DNA from: Candidatus Krumholzibacteriia bacterium
GTDB lineage: Bacteria; Krumholzibacteriota; Krumholzibacteriia; Krumholzibacteriales; Krumholzibacteriaceae
Assembly: GCA_963836185.1 (NCBI GenBank)
Contig: CAWIIQ010000001.1
Span: forward strand, 480,001 to 544,000
Reading direction: 5' to 3'
DNA length: 64,000 bases
The notes under the pieces were generated by a model. The model saw only the letters and a program-made list of their open reading frames with translations, was not told where the DNA came from and did not search any database. How positions within the stretch are numbered: position 1 is the first letter of the stretch; each line of letters opens with the position of its first letter. The translations under genes and the position numbers were made by a program. Below, one piece after another: positions 49,578 through 61,223 of this stretch.

Positions 49578-52500
49578 CTAGGAGCTTCTCAGTTTTTCCA
49601 GCCTGCGCCTCGCGTCATCGACCTCGATGATTCCTGTCGTCGGCGTGCTTCATGATATCGAGATACCGCTCGTAGTTCCTGGCGGCGAGATCGTACTGCC
49701 CCTCTTCCTCGTATAGAACGGCAACACGGTAAAGATAAACAGGTACGAGCATGCGTCGGTCGGCGTCCGACGGGTCGATTGTCAGCATCCGCTCGTATTC
49801 CTCGATCGCGCTCTTGTTGTCTCCGAGGGCGAGCATGGGCCCTGGCGACCACGTCCTGATGAAAGGCATGTTGTAAAAACCCATCTCGGTGTATGTCAGG
49901 GTAGGGGTGTACATCGTGTCTTTCGCTTCCATGAACGCGATCGCTTCGGCAGGGTTACCTTCGGCGAGGAGCACCTCCGCCTCGAAAAGTGTCGGCATGC
50001 GGCGGATAACGCTCGATGCCGCCAGCGTCTTCCTCAAATACCGGAGAGGAGACCAGGGCATGCATGTCTTCCAGAGCGGTCCTGGCTCCAGCGAGATCTC
50101 CCTTCTCGATGGCGTTTAATCCCTTGTAGGTGGTTATTGTCACCTCACCTGAAAGAGGGATCTCCAGATCCAGTTCTCGGCTGTTTCAACGAAATCATCG
50201 ATAGCCTCTAGTGATTCATCGAATCTATCCTCTTCATAAAGATGCTGGACCGTGAACATCTTCATAAAGAATCTGTCTCATGGGATGCGTAGATTTTAGA
50301 AGGTATTCTTGAGCTTCGCCTCCTGTTTTCTCGCTTCCCGGAATCTTCCCTGCATGCGCTTGTATCCCGCGCTGTATATCATACCAACGGCCCGCATCCC
50401 GGGAGACCAGGCTGACTCTATGCCGGTTTCGATCCAGTAGTCGGCTTTGTCCAGGTCTCCCTCCATCGCGTACAGATAGGATACGCATAGCCTCGATGTA
50501 TAGAACTCGGGACTGATCTCGATAGCTTTTCAGATAGCTGGCTTTCGCTTCATCTATTCTGCCCATCCTGTAGAGGCAGTCACCCTTCGAATCCCAGGGA
50601 TTGGCGTCGCCCGGTTTCAGGTATGTGTAGCGCTCGAAATACTCGAGGGCCTTGTCGTATTCGTTGATATCCAGGTGGATATATCCAAGCATGTTCAAAG
50701 CGTCCACATAGAGGGGGTCGAGCTCAAGGACCCTTTCCAGCAACCTGATTGCTTCTTCATACTTTCCCTGGGATCTCTTCCAGACAGCAAGGGTGAGGTA
50801 TGCCCGCTTTTCCTTGGGATAATTGCTGGCTATCTCTCTCGAAGATCGTGATCGCTTTCTCCAGGTCGTGTTCGATCCGCTTGGCGTAAAATCCTTCTAT
50901 ACTCAGACGGTCCTTTTCGGATGCACGGTCCGAAGGCTCAGGGCCTTTATTATCAGGCTGTCGGCGGTCGCATGATCGAGCAGACGGGACTTGGTTATAC
51001 CGAGGTACAGATACGCCGAAGCGAAGGTCGAGTCTATCTCGATAGCTCTTTCGAATTTCAGTGCCGCGTCACGGAAGTAGAACCTGTCATAGAGATCTAT
51101 TCCGGAAAGGTAGTAGTTATATGCCTCCATCGAGTGTGTCGTTATCTCTGTAATCGGCCCGCTCTGCTCGGGGATCCGCAGCCTCGATACATCCCTTGTG
51201 ATATCGCTGCTCAGATCGTCGATCTGGCTCTTGAGGATGCTTTCGACGCCGTCGCCCTCCGTGTTGGCCGTATGGAGGAGTTTCTTCGATCTGACATCCA
51301 TCACCTTCGCCTCGATAGCGAAGGAGTTGCCGGCCCTGATATAACTGCCGACGATGACCACATCGATACCGTCGAGCTCGCACAGCTCGAATCCGAGCTC
51401 CTTGTCGATAATTTCGGTCTTCTCTCTGCCGGTCTGCTGGAGAAGGTCCTGCATCCGTTCCCACGTCATCACCTGGAGCCGCCGGGACTGCTCGAGGCTC
51501 GTTATCAGGAGATTCGGGATCGCCGCGGAGAGGTAATCGAACGATTCGTCTCCGGTTCGGTTCTCGAATGTGATAACGGCGACCGGCCTCTGGCCGGCAA
51601 CGAGCTCCGAACCGAAGAAGAGAGGCTTTATCACGAATATCGCTATCAGGAGCGCCGCGATGACGGCAACGGCTATGCCTGCGGTCCGGAGACGGTGCGG
51701 TTTTTTCGGTTTTTCCGTCGCGGGGCAGGGCTGGCATTCACCTGTGAAACGGAACTGTCCGTCTTTGTCCCCTCGATAGTCTTTCTTCTGCAGCGCCCGC
51801 AGGTCGGAGATCATCCCGTCGGCGTGCTGGTATCTCTCGCCCGGGATCCTTGCTCAACGCCTTCAGCGTGATCCGCTCGAGTTCCATCGGCACGCCGGTG
51901 CGGACCGAGGTCGGGGCAGGAGGTTCGTCGTTGAGGATCGAATAGATCACGGCCTGTTCGTACTCACCGGCGAAGGGCTGGCAGCCCGTGATCATCTCGT
52001 AGAGGACCGCGCCTGCCGACCAGATGTCGCTGCGCCCGTCGACGTCCTTTCCCTGTGCCTGCTCGGGCGACATGTAGGCGACGGTGCCGGGGGCGGCGCC
52101 CTCGCGGGTCAGGCGGGTCCGGTCGGAGAGCTTTGCCAGGCCGAAATCCATGATCTTCGCCGTGCCGTTGCTCTTGATCATGATGTTGGCCGACTTGATG
52201 TCGCGGTGGACGATCTTCTGCTGGTGGGCCTGGTCGAGCCCTTTCAGTGATCTGGATCATCAGTTCGATCGAGTCTTCGATAGGCAGCGGGCCGCCGGCT
52301 ATCCGGTCGGAGAGGTTCTCGCCGTCGATATATTCCATCGCGATGAAGGGGCCCTCGTCGGAGTCCTCGATCTCGTAGATCGTCGATATGTTGGCGTGAT
52401 TGAGCGATGCGGCGGCCTGCGCCTCGTTGATGAAGCGTTTGTGCTCCTCTTCGGGGAGCGCCATCCGGCGGGAGAGGAACTTCAGCGCGACCTTGCGGCC

Positions 52501-52593
52501 CAGCTTCGTGTCCTCGGCGAGATACACGACTCCCATCCCGCCCTCACCGAGCTTCTCGAGGATCGTGTAGTGAGATATCGTTTTGCCTATCAT
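49578..52593 (-). CDS. Ser/Thr protein kinase - TM - TolB-like - TPR protein; many frameshifts
   Basis: [33 protein letters not shown]; [12 protein letters not shown]; TPR fragments; reconstructed end [15 protein letters not shown]. Confidence 0.8.
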
Positions 52594-52719
52594 TGTCAAT
52601 CGAGTCCCCTGCCTGACCCGGGCTCGTGACTGTTACCGCTTGATATGATGATATATCACATGGCGGCGGCGGATATACATAAAAAACGATCAGGTTATTT
52701 GTTCAGTTACAGGCCGGTT

Positions 52720-55125
52720 TCATCTGAGCAGAGCCATCTTCCTCGTGATGATCGTTCCCGCAGCTTCGAGACGATAGAAGTAGATACCCGACGCTACAGC
52801 CGATCCATCCCTGTCCGTACCGTTCCAGAAGGCGTCGTGGGAACCGGCCGTCTTCTGCTCATCCACGAGTATGTGCACGAGCCTTCCCGCGACATCGTAG
52901 ACGGCCAGCCTGACGAAGCAGTCTCCCGGAAGTTCGTACCTGATCGTAGTGCTCGGATTGAACGGATTGGGATAGTTCTGCGCGAGGCGAACGTGGTCGA
53001 CAGGAGGTATCTCCGTGCCGGTAGTGGTCAACTCGAGTTCTACCGGGATTTCAACCTGGTACGGCGAGCCGCATACGTCCTCGAACTCGACATCTAGCGT
53101 CACGGTGAAGGGGCCACCGGGGTAGGCGGACATGTCGAGCGTATATGTGTCTCCATTGCCGAATTCCGTGATGTCGAGCGGGATGAGGCCGTAATCCGCA
53201 GTGGAGTCAGGGAGGGTGAGCCATCCCGGTCCGTATTTCATCGTCGCGGAGACGTTGTAGGCGATACGGATGCCGGTGTTCTTCAGGCCCGCTTCGATCT
53301 CCCAGAGCGGGTCGCTCCACGAGACCTCGTTGTATCCAGCTTCGACGAGTACAGGCTGTCCACAGAACCTGTTGGGAACGCGGGCGATGTTCGATCCGTA
53401 GCTGACGTAGCAGCGTCTGTCCTGGAGCATCAGCGCTATGGAGTCTGGAGATCCCAGAGCGATGTAGACGTCGAAGTAGAGGCTGTCCAGCTCATCGGAA
53501 GAGTCGAGTTCCCCGAACTCACTGAGTGTCGCCCAGGTAGCGGCGTTCTGAAGCTCGAACCTTCCGCGGGAGTTGTCGGGAGCGAACGGATAGAGGTCCG
53601 GAGCCGGCTCGAACAGTTCCGATGGAACATCGCCGTTGTTATGCACCTCGACCCAGTACCGTTTGAAATCGGCCGTGCCGTGGGTGACGGTCTCAGTGTG
53701 GAATATTCTGATGTCGAGCTGCGGGACCCCGAGGTCGCATTCAGGCATCACTCGTCCACGGATGCAGAGGTCGCCTATGTTGTTGTCTCCCTGGTCCTGG
53801 GCTTCCCAGGTAGTGCCGGAGTTGCTGGCCCACGACCTGTTCGTCTCCATCGGTCCGAAATGATCGTGCGGCAGGCAGCCTTGCCAGCCGGGCGTGTTGA
53901 AACTTACGGCTATGAAGATCGGGTCGCTGCAGACGACATCTATCGATTCGGGGAGGTCTATGCTGTAGAATCCCGATTCCTGAAGCGAACCGTTGTACGG
54001 GCCGCCGAGGATGTTCTGCGGATTGCCGCCGGAGAAATCGTCGTAGATCGTTATCGAGTAATTGCAGGGCTCTGAAGTCGTCCAGATATCCACCGCGTAC
54101 AGAAAACCGCTCCAGTCGGGGATATGCTCGATCATTCCCCAGTCGGTATAGTCCGCCCACCCCGAGTACCAGTTATAACCGTATTCGTCGAGGTAGTAGA
54201 TCTTCTCACGATCGTCATGGAACCTGTAGCGGGATATGACGGCGGAGTAGGAGCCGATCTTGGCGTCTCCGTATTTTATGTAGAAGTAGCCCGCGTCTCC
54301 CCACGATGTTCCCCACGAGTTCTTCACGATCCATGCGCCCTCGCCTCCGCAAAGTGTGTCGTTCCAGCCTACGATCAGGACGCTGTGGTTCGGGTCCTCC
54401 GTCCCGGAATAAGTGAGACAGGTGTCCGTATCGTACTCGTTGAACTCGGCCCAGCTGCTGTACATCGAGGTGATCACCGGGCCGTAAGTCATCACGGCGT
54501 TCTTAATTGCTTCTTCGTCAAGAGCAGTCACCGGCGGATCGCCTGTTATGGACCGGAATTCCCGCGCGTTGACCTGCAGGTACGGAGTCGCGTCAAAGCA
54601 GCCTGCCATGTTGGGGCAGGAGCCGGGGTATACGTCTGTGCTCTCATTGACCGCTCCGAGAAGTGAGAGGTAATTCGCGGCGATCCAGGCGTTTCCGCCG
54701 ACATTGCAGTTGTACCCATACAAGTCGTAGAAACGGTTGTCGGCGCAGGAGACGACGTTGTACTCCGAATAGTCGCGGGTCAGTACCTGCTGGATGTGCA
54801 GGGCAGATTCAAGACAGCCGATAGTTGCGAATGCCCAGCAGGTGCCGTACGGATTCTGGTTCTTTACAGAAGTGACGTCGCCGCTTGTCCGCCAGTCCCA
54901 TGCCAGGGGAGCCTGAGGCATCGACATCAGCTTTTCCGGAGTGGCGTGCAGGTGATGCATGTACATCGGCGGCGGTATGAATCCGCCCTTCCCGATGTCG
55001 GCCGGGGCCGGCCTTTCCGGTCCGGTCCTCTGTTGTCCGGTATCCTGTGACGCGTAGAGAAAAGTCGCGGCCGCAGCGAGCAGGATCACTCCAGCAACGA
55101 TTGTGAAACCTTTGCGAGTCTTCAT
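52720..55125 (-). CDS. Papain-family (C1A) cysteine protease with lectin-like and FlgD-Ig C-terminal domains
   Basis: WDWR...VKNQNPYGTCWAF, NHSVLIVGW, KNSWG; QNYPNPFNP...RKMALLR*. Confidence 0.92.
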   Translation of the reverse strand: MKTRKGFTIVAGVILLAAAATFLYASQDTGQQRTGPERPAPADIGKGGFIPPPMYMHHLHATPEKLMSMPQAPLAWDWRTSGDVTSVKNQNPYGTCWAFATIGCLESALHIQQVLTRDYSEYNVVSCADNRFYDLYGYNCNVGGNAWIAANYLSLLGAVNESTDVYPGSCPNMAGCFDATPYLQVNAREFRSITGDPPVTALDEEAIKNAVMTYGPVITSMYSSWAEFNEYDTDTCLTYSGTEDPNHSVLIVGWNDTLCGGEGAWIVKNSWGTSWGDAGYFYIKYGDAKIGSYSAVISRYRFHDDREKIYYLDEYGYNWYSGWADYTDWGMIEHIPDWSGFLYAVDIWTTSEPCNYSITIYDDFSGGNPQNILGGPYNGSLQESGFYSIDLPESIDVVCSDPIFIAVSFNTPGWQGCLPHDHFGPMETNRSWASNSGTTWEAQDQGDNNIGDLCIRGRVMPECDLGVPQLDIRIFHTETVTHGTADFKRYWVEVHNNGDVPSELFEPAPDLYPFAPDNSRGRFELQNAATWATLSEFGELDSSDELDSLYFDVYIALGSPDSIALMLQDRRCYVSYGSNIARVPNRFCGQPVLVEAGYNEVSWSDPLWEIEAGLKNTGIRIAYNVSATMKYGPGWLTLPDSTADYGLIPLDITEFGNGDTYTLDMSAYPGGPFTVTLDVEFEDVCGSPYQVEIPVELELTTTGTEIPPVDHVRLAQNYPNPFNPSTTIRYELPGDCFVRLAVYDVAGRLVHILVDEQKTAGSHDAFWNGTDRDGSAVASGIYFYRLEAAGTIITRKMALLR

Positions 55126-55285
55126 TGATTCGTTCCTTTGTTTTTGCCATGCGGCGGCGAGGCCCGCAGGCCCAGGTCGCTTTAAATGTTGTGCTGTTAC
55201 TTATTCGTTCCCTCGTTTAATATTATATCCATGATTCGGTGGTGGAGCAGGGGGGATTCGAAAAAATCCGTATAGAAAGGAACAT

Positions 55286-56932
55286 ATGATGTATAGAACG
55301 ATGACTTTGATCCTTGCTGCTCTGCTTGTCTCTTCGCTCGCATGCTCCGAGCGGGAGTTCGGTGTTGCCGATGGCGCTCCGCGCGAGGTGTCGAAACTCG
55401 AGATGCAGTCTATCGTGGAGTACCTCTCGAGCGACCTTCTCGAGGGGCGTGCTCCGGGGACCAGGGGAGGAGAACTCGCAGAGGAGTATATCCGCAGTCT
55501 CCTGAAATCTTACGATATAGAGCCGTACCAGGGTGAGTACTTCCAGGAGTTCGCTCTGTCCGGCTTTATCACTACGGATCTTGTTGTCGAGGCCAACGGG
55601 GTGACGCTCGCTTTCCGTGACGACGTGGTCGGGAGCTTCACCAGGGTAGATCCCGAATTCGACATCAGCGGTCCGGCCGTATTCGTCGGCTTCGGAATAA
55701 GTACCGGCACATGGTCGTGGGACGATTACAAGGACGTCGATGTGACGGGGAAGATCGTGATCTGCCGTGTAAACGAACCTGGACAGAACGATCCGACCCT
55801 CTTCGAGGGAAACAACCTCACATATTACGGCCGGTGGACGTACAAGATCGAGGAGGCCGCCCGCAGGGGAGCGAAAGCGATACTTCTCGTTCACACGGAC
55901 CAGTCGGCCGGGTACGGATGGCATGTCGTGCGCAACTCGTGGGGAGGCGAAGAGCTTTACCTGGAGTCGGAGATCGATGACGATCTCATCTTCCGCGGAT
56001 GGATTCGCGAGGAGAAACTCGACGACATGCTCCTGCCGACGGGAATATCGCTCGCCGACCTGCTCGCCGCATCGGAGAGCCGTGATTTCATCCCTGTCGA
56101 CCTCAAGTTTGATATCGATATCTCGGGAAAGGGCGAATCGCGCAGCATCGATACGAGAAATGTCGTCGGGTACATCCCTGGAAGCGATCCGGCTCTGCGA
56201 GGCAGGGCGATCCTGCTCAGCGCCCATATCGACCACCTCGGGATGAGCGATACGGGGCAGGCAGAGGACAGGATCTACAACGGCGCTATCGACAACGGAT
56301 CGGCGGTGACCGCGATGATGCTGACGGCAAAACTGCTCAGGGAGCGCCACAAGCGCCTTAGATACTCCGTAATCATCCTCGCCTGCCAGGCGGAGGAGGC
56401 GGGCCTTCTCGGTTCGCTGTATTTCGCGAACACGATCGACCCAGCGGCGATCGTCTGCAACATCAACTACGAGTCATCGCCGGTATGGGGACCGGCCACC
56501 AGCCTGATGGGAGTGGGGTCGAAGTTCTCGACGATGGAGGAGCTCCTCACCGGAGTGGCCGACAGGATGGGGCTCGGATACTCCGAGTTTTCGATGTCGG
56601 ACCGGGGATTCTTTTACCGGTCCGACCAGTTCAGTTTCGCGCGCAAAGGTATCCCGTCGATATGGATATCCGCGGGGCAGGATTTCGAGAGCGGGACGAA
56701 CCACCTCTACGAGTTCTTCGTCGGCGACTACCACACCGTCGACGACGAGTACGATCCCCAATGGGAGCTGGAGAGCCTTCGCCAGACGATCGAGGCGGCT
56801 GTACTTCTTGCGAACCGGATCAATATCGATACGCCGGAGATCATGTGGAAGGGTAAGCTGACTTTCCCCGTGGACGCAGACGCGAGGGCGATAGAGATGG
56901 TTCCCGCAGAAGGAGATCAGGATGGCTCTTAA
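55286..56932 (+). CDS. M28 family metallopeptidase with PA domain, lipoprotein
   Basis: Lipobox SLAC; LSSDLLEGR, SAHIDHLG, GAIDNGS, AEEAGLLGS, RSDQFSF, YHTVDD. Confidence 0.92.
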   Translation: MMYRTMTLILAALLVSSLACSEREFGVADGAPREVSKLEMQSIVEYLSSDLLEGRAPGTRGGELAEEYIRSLLKSYDIEPYQGEYFQEFALSGFITTDLVVEANGVTLAFRDDVVGSFTRVDPEFDISGPAVFVGFGISTGTWSWDDYKDVDVTGKIVICRVNEPGQNDPTLFEGNNLTYYGRWTYKIEEAARRGAKAILLVHTDQSAGYGWHVVRNSWGGEELYLESEIDDDLIFRGWIREEKLDDMLLPTGISLADLLAASESRDFIPVDLKFDIDISGKGESRSIDTRNVVGYIPGSDPALRGRAILLSAHIDHLGMSDTGQAEDRIYNGAIDNGSAVTAMMLTAKLLRERHKRLRYSVIILACQAEEAGLLGSLYFANTIDPAAIVCNINYESSPVWGPATSLMGVGSKFSTMEELLTGVADRMGLGYSEFSMSDRGFFYRSDQFSFARKGIPSIWISAGQDFESGTNHLYEFFVGDYHTVDDEYDPQWELESLRQTIEAAVLLANRINIDTPEIMWKGKLTFPVDADARAIEMVPAEGDQDGS

Positions 56933-57620
56933 GACTATCGGGATGTTCGCCGGGATGAGCTGGGCCTCGTCTGTGGAGTACTACAGGATAATCAACCGGA
57001 CCGTCCAGGAGCGGATGGGGGGCAGCAATTCGGCGAAGATCATCATGAACAGCGTGAACTTCGCCGAGATGATCAGGCTTCGGGAGACCGGAGGCTGGGA
57101 AGCGGTGGGCGACGAGGTCGTCGATATCGCGATGCATGTCCAGGCAGCCGGCGCGGATTTCTTCATACTCGCGGTGAACACCGTTCATATCGTCGCCGAT
57201 CGCGTGGAAGCGGCGCTCGACATACCCCTCCTTCACATAGCCGACGCTACCGCCGGAGCGATAAAGGCCGCCGGGATGAATAAGGTCGGGCTGCTCGGGA
57301 CGAGGTACACGATGTGCGAGGATTTCTACCGCGTCAGGCTCGCTGAGAAACACGGCATCGATGTCGTCATCCCCGGTGAGGAGGATGTCGAGAGGATCCA
57401 CAGGATCATCCTCGATGAGCTCGTCATCGAGAAGTTCCTCGATGAGTCGAGAGACGCCTGTCTTGAAATGATCGACAGGCTCATAGCCGAAGGCGCCGAG
57501 GGGATCATCCTCGGGTGCACCGAGCTGCCGCTGCTTATCGAGGCGGAGCAGATCTCCGTGCCCTCATTCGATACGATGACGATACATGCCGTCGCCGCGG
57601 CCGAAAGATCGATGGAGTGA
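56922..57620 (+). CDS. Aspartate/glutamate racemase family protein (RacX/YgeA-like)
   Basis: IGMFAGMSWASS..YY, xNTxH, GLLGT..TM, ILGCTELP. Confidence 0.9.
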   Translation: MALKTIGMFAGMSWASSVEYYRIINRTVQERMGGSNSAKIIMNSVNFAEMIRLRETGGWEAVGDEVVDIAMHVQAAGADFFILAVNTVHIVADRVEAALDIPLLHIADATAGAIKAAGMNKVGLLGTRYTMCEDFYRVRLAEKHGIDVVIPGEEDVERIHRIILDELVIEKFLDESRDACLEMIDRLIAEGAEGIILGCTELPLLIEAEQISVPSFDTMTIHAVAAAERSME

Positions 57621-57629
57621 CCGGCCCGG

Positions 57630-59646
57630 TCACTTCTCCTTCGCGAACCTGTTGATCGAGTGGATCACCAGCGCCGGTGACTTTGCCCTCTGCGTCCTTG
57701 TCGAACGACATCTTGTTCTTCCCGAACTCATCTATCCAGATCCCTTCCTTGTCGGTCCGCTCGATGCCGATATCGGCCTTTTCCATCGGGTCGTTGACCA
57801 CCAGTCCGCCGTTTCTGTAGAAAACGGTGAAATCGGCGTTGACCTGGACGAGCCTGTATTTTCCGAGGTAAGGCCTGAACTCCTCAGGCACGTCATCCGT
57901 CGATCTCCTCATGATCGGCATTTTTCGTGCATCGGGACGAGCTGGACAAGGCGCATCTCATCCGCTGTTCCGGATTCTCCCATGTCGAACTCGAAATGGA
58001 TCCTGTGGCCTATCATGCTCTTCCATTTGCCGTCTTCGCCGGGGTCCTGCAGCGGGAAGACCGCGGTGCCCGGTATCTCGACTGCGAGCGAGCCGTCACG
58101 TACAATTGCCGTTACGACATTACCGTTACTGGTATTTCTGTATTTGCCGAGGTATGGAGCGTAACGCGCCATCCGCCGCTGCCGCGTCACCTGTCTCCTC
58201 ATCCCCGCGTACCCGGTGATCGAGTACCTTCAGTTCCCTCGGCCCGAACGAGATCGTCGACGATACCCAGTCGCTTATTCGGAGATGCCCCGAGTCGACA
58301 AAGTCTATCTCGAAGGCTGTGCAGTCGACGGGGACCCAGCCTGCCTCGCCCATGTAGATCTCGTTCCAGGCATGCTGGCCGAATTTGCCTCCCGAGACGT
58401 ACATGCATCCCCAGACTACCCGTGCGGGGATGCCGACGGACCGGCAGAAGGAGGCGAGCAGGAGTGAATGACCGCCGCATTCCCCCGCCTTTATGTCATA
58501 GACCTTCCTCGGCAGCCCGCCGCCGGGGATCGCGTAATCGATATTTTCGGCGACCCAGAGGCTGAGCCGTTTTGCCGCTTCCCATGAATCCTCGGCTCCC
58601 TCGGTGAGCTCGATTGCTTTCTTCGTGAGGACAGGATCATCGGCAACTACGTGATTGTTACTTTTGAGGTATTCAGCGATCGGATCGTCATCTTCGAAGC
58701 GGGGAGGGAAGGGGGGAGCGCCCGCTCCATCGTATCTCGGATGCTCGATCTCGAAGACGCCGTCGATGATATTTTCCGTCACCGTTCCTTCGAACTTCTG
58801 CCCCGGGACGTTCAGGCTCTCGGGAGTGGGCCGCGCTCCGCTAGGCTCCAGTATGGCCTGGACCTTCATATAGGTGATTCCGTGGTAGTCAGTGATATTT
58901 ACCCCTGCGTCGGCCATGATGTTGCCGTCGAGCGAGGCGACCTCTATTTTCTTCTTTATCGATTTGTCGGCAAGAAATGAGTAACGGTCCTGCATAGCCT
59001 GTGTCTTGAGGATCATTCCCGTTTCCGTATCGATCCAGAAGGTCGTTTTCAAACCGGAGTCATTGTCGAACCTGTCGAGGACCATGGCGTCGTACTTGTT
59101 CCCGGCCAGTTTCAGCTTCTCAGTATCCGCTTTTGTATAAGTCACACTGTGGACCTCGGAATCCCTGACTTCGTAGTTGTTGAAAGACTTCTCTGAGAGG
59201 CCATCGTCTACAAAAGCTTTTTTCAGGTGCGGGAAAAAGAGTGTGTTCTCGAGGATGGTCCCTTCCGGCAGGAATGTGACACCGGTGTCGTCATCGAGCA
59301 TCGAGTTGAAACGGGCCGAATCTCCGTCGACATGTACCGCTCCGCCGTAGTGTTGGCCGCCCTGTTTGATGTCGCTGTCATGATAGACGAAGTTCCCTGT
59401 TACAGGATCGATATGGTATGTGAATCTCATCTTCGAATCGAAGGTGCTTCCCAGGGCGGAGAGCTTCATGGTAAATGACTGTTCGAGCAGGATCAGCTTT
59501 GCGCCGTCCTTTTCGATCTCCGAGGTCTGTACTCTCGAGTACCCGCAGACCACCCCGGCGATCTCGACGCCATAGTAGTATTCCTCAGCCCGCGCCGGCG
59601 CTGCCGTGACGAGTATCAGGATAAGCAGAGTGATGACCTGTTTCAT
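57630..59646 (-). CDS. Secreted transglutaminase-like domain protein; frameshifts in 57660-58170
   Basis: Signal peptide; catalytic triad GECGGH...HAWNEIY...WVPVD; two C-terminal PYLGKY repeats; stop at 57630. Confidence 0.82.
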
Positions 59647-59717
59647 GATTTTCCCCTCCCGTGAACGAATGAGTGATTGATGATGCTTGCATGTATACTA
59701 CATCGGTAACTTAAGGA

Positions 59718-60335
59718 TTATTCAGATTCCTTCTCCGGGCCTGCGAGGATCTCGATGACCCCGTTTTCTGTCAGCAACTCGACGAGGTCTCTTATTTCGG
59801 GCTTATAGGACTCATCGATACCGGCCTTGTCCATTATCGAGGCGGTGCTCATCATCGCCGCGTTTGGAAAAGGGAGGTGGAAGAGGAACGATCCCTGGGC
59901 GTTCGTAAGGCTTATCTTCCTCTCCTTCCTGTCCCGGCCCACACCGGTCCAGACGGTCACCGAACTTATGCGGTTCCCGCCCCTTGCCGTAGTGAACATC
60001 GCGCCGGAGTTTTTCATCTCTCGTATGACCGTTCCCGTCTCTTCCCCGGGGCCGTCCCCGGCGATTTCCTCGAGGTCTATTTCCATAGATATTTTTGACT
60101 GGGAGAGGGTGTAACGATAGTATGGCCTCTTCTTCTCGTAGACCTCCTCCTTCGAGAGGATGCCGAGCGATTCCATCGCCTCGAGGAAGTCCTGAGCGGT
60201 GCGGATATGAAGGCCGAGCCTCGATGCCGCCTCCGAGGCGGAGATGTCGCGATACTTGGCGAGCAGGTCGAACATATCCCGGGCATAGTCCTTCGAGATG
60301 TATGTGCCGAGTTTTGCCGCTGTCGCAAAATCCAT
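59718..60335 (-). CDS. Winged-helix (ArsR-like) transcriptional regulator
   Basis: ISASEAASRLGLHIRTAQDFLEAM..LGIL...RPYYRY. Confidence 0.72.
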   Translation of the reverse strand: MDFATAAKLGTYISKDYARDMFDLLAKYRDISASEAASRLGLHIRTAQDFLEAMESLGILSKEEVYEKKRPYYRYTLSQSKISMEIDLEEIAGDGPGEETGTVIREMKNSGAMFTTARGGNRISSVTVWTGVGRDRKERKISLTNAQGSFLFHLPFPNAAMMSTASIMDKAGIDESYKPEIRDLVELLTENGVIEILAGPEKESE

Positions 60336-60356
60336 GATCAAGCCGTGCTTTCCTGT

Positions 60357-61223
60357 CTATGACATGATGCCGATTTTTACGGAGTTAAGCCTGTCGATGA
60401 TACGGACCGTCATGTCCCTTCTGTACAGGTCGAGAAAATCGATATACACGCCGGCCAGCGACTCGCAGAGCTGATTGAAAGAGAGGTCGTCGCGGTAGAG
60501 ATAGTAGTCTTCCTTCGATATATTGACGGTGACGTTTCCCTCCGAGTCGAAGCAGACCCATGTGTCTTTCGAGATGTTCCGCGAGACGTTCCAGAGATGG
60601 AAGTACTCCTTGCCCATCCTTACCGGGACGAGATAGACCTTCTCCGGTTCGATATAGGGAAGGGAGATCATATGCCTGCCGCAGAATCTCGCAAACCCGA
60701 GGATCTCTCCCCAGTCGTAATCGGCCTTGCCCGATGGATAGGGCCGTTCGGTGAAGCCGTCGCCCAGCTCATCGACCGGCGCTGCGGCGAGCTCGAGGAT
60801 GTCGCGCCCGCGCCACTTCGCCCTGCGCGTGACCATCATGTAGATCAGCACCCCAATGCATGGAAGTGTCAGGACCTTGAAGAAATTGAATATCGTCCTG
60901 TCCCTGAATCCAAAGACGCTGTCGGGCGCACTGGCCAGAGCCAGCGTCGCTATGAGAAGGTATACGAAAGATGCGATGTATGACAGCGCTCCCGATCTTC
61001 GCTGGGCTGCGAGAGCGAAGCCGGTGAATCCGGTGAATATGATCGTGGCGGTGAACGCAACGCCGCGCCTTCCGAAGATGACAGCGGCAAGAGCTATCAC
61101 CACAAGTGACACAAAGGCCGGCAGCAGACCTGTGAGCGAATAGTCGGGTTTGAGCTTCTTTTCCTGGGGCATACCTTTCACCTCGCTGAATACTGGTTTC
61201 GCGCTCTCGAACCGTATTGTCAT
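60357..61223 (-). CDS. Hypothetical membrane protein (about 4 TM helices plus a soluble C-domain)
   Basis: 288-aa ORF with hydrophobic segments; the start may be the later ATG (MPQEKK). Confidence 0.7.
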   Translation of the reverse strand: MTIRFESAKPVFSEVKGMPQEKKLKPDYSLTGLLPAFVSLVVIALAAVIFGRRGVAFTATIIFTGFTGFALAAQRRSGALSYIASFVYLLIATLALASAPDSVFGFRDRTIFNFFKVLTLPCIGVLIYMMVTRRAKWRGRDILELAAAPVDELGDGFTERPYPSGKADYDWGEILGFARFCGRHMISLPYIEPEKVYLVPVRMGKEYFHLWNVSRNISKDTWVCFDSEGNVTVNISKEDYYLYRDDLSFNQLCESLAGVYIDFLDLYRRDMTVRIIDRLNSVKIGIMS

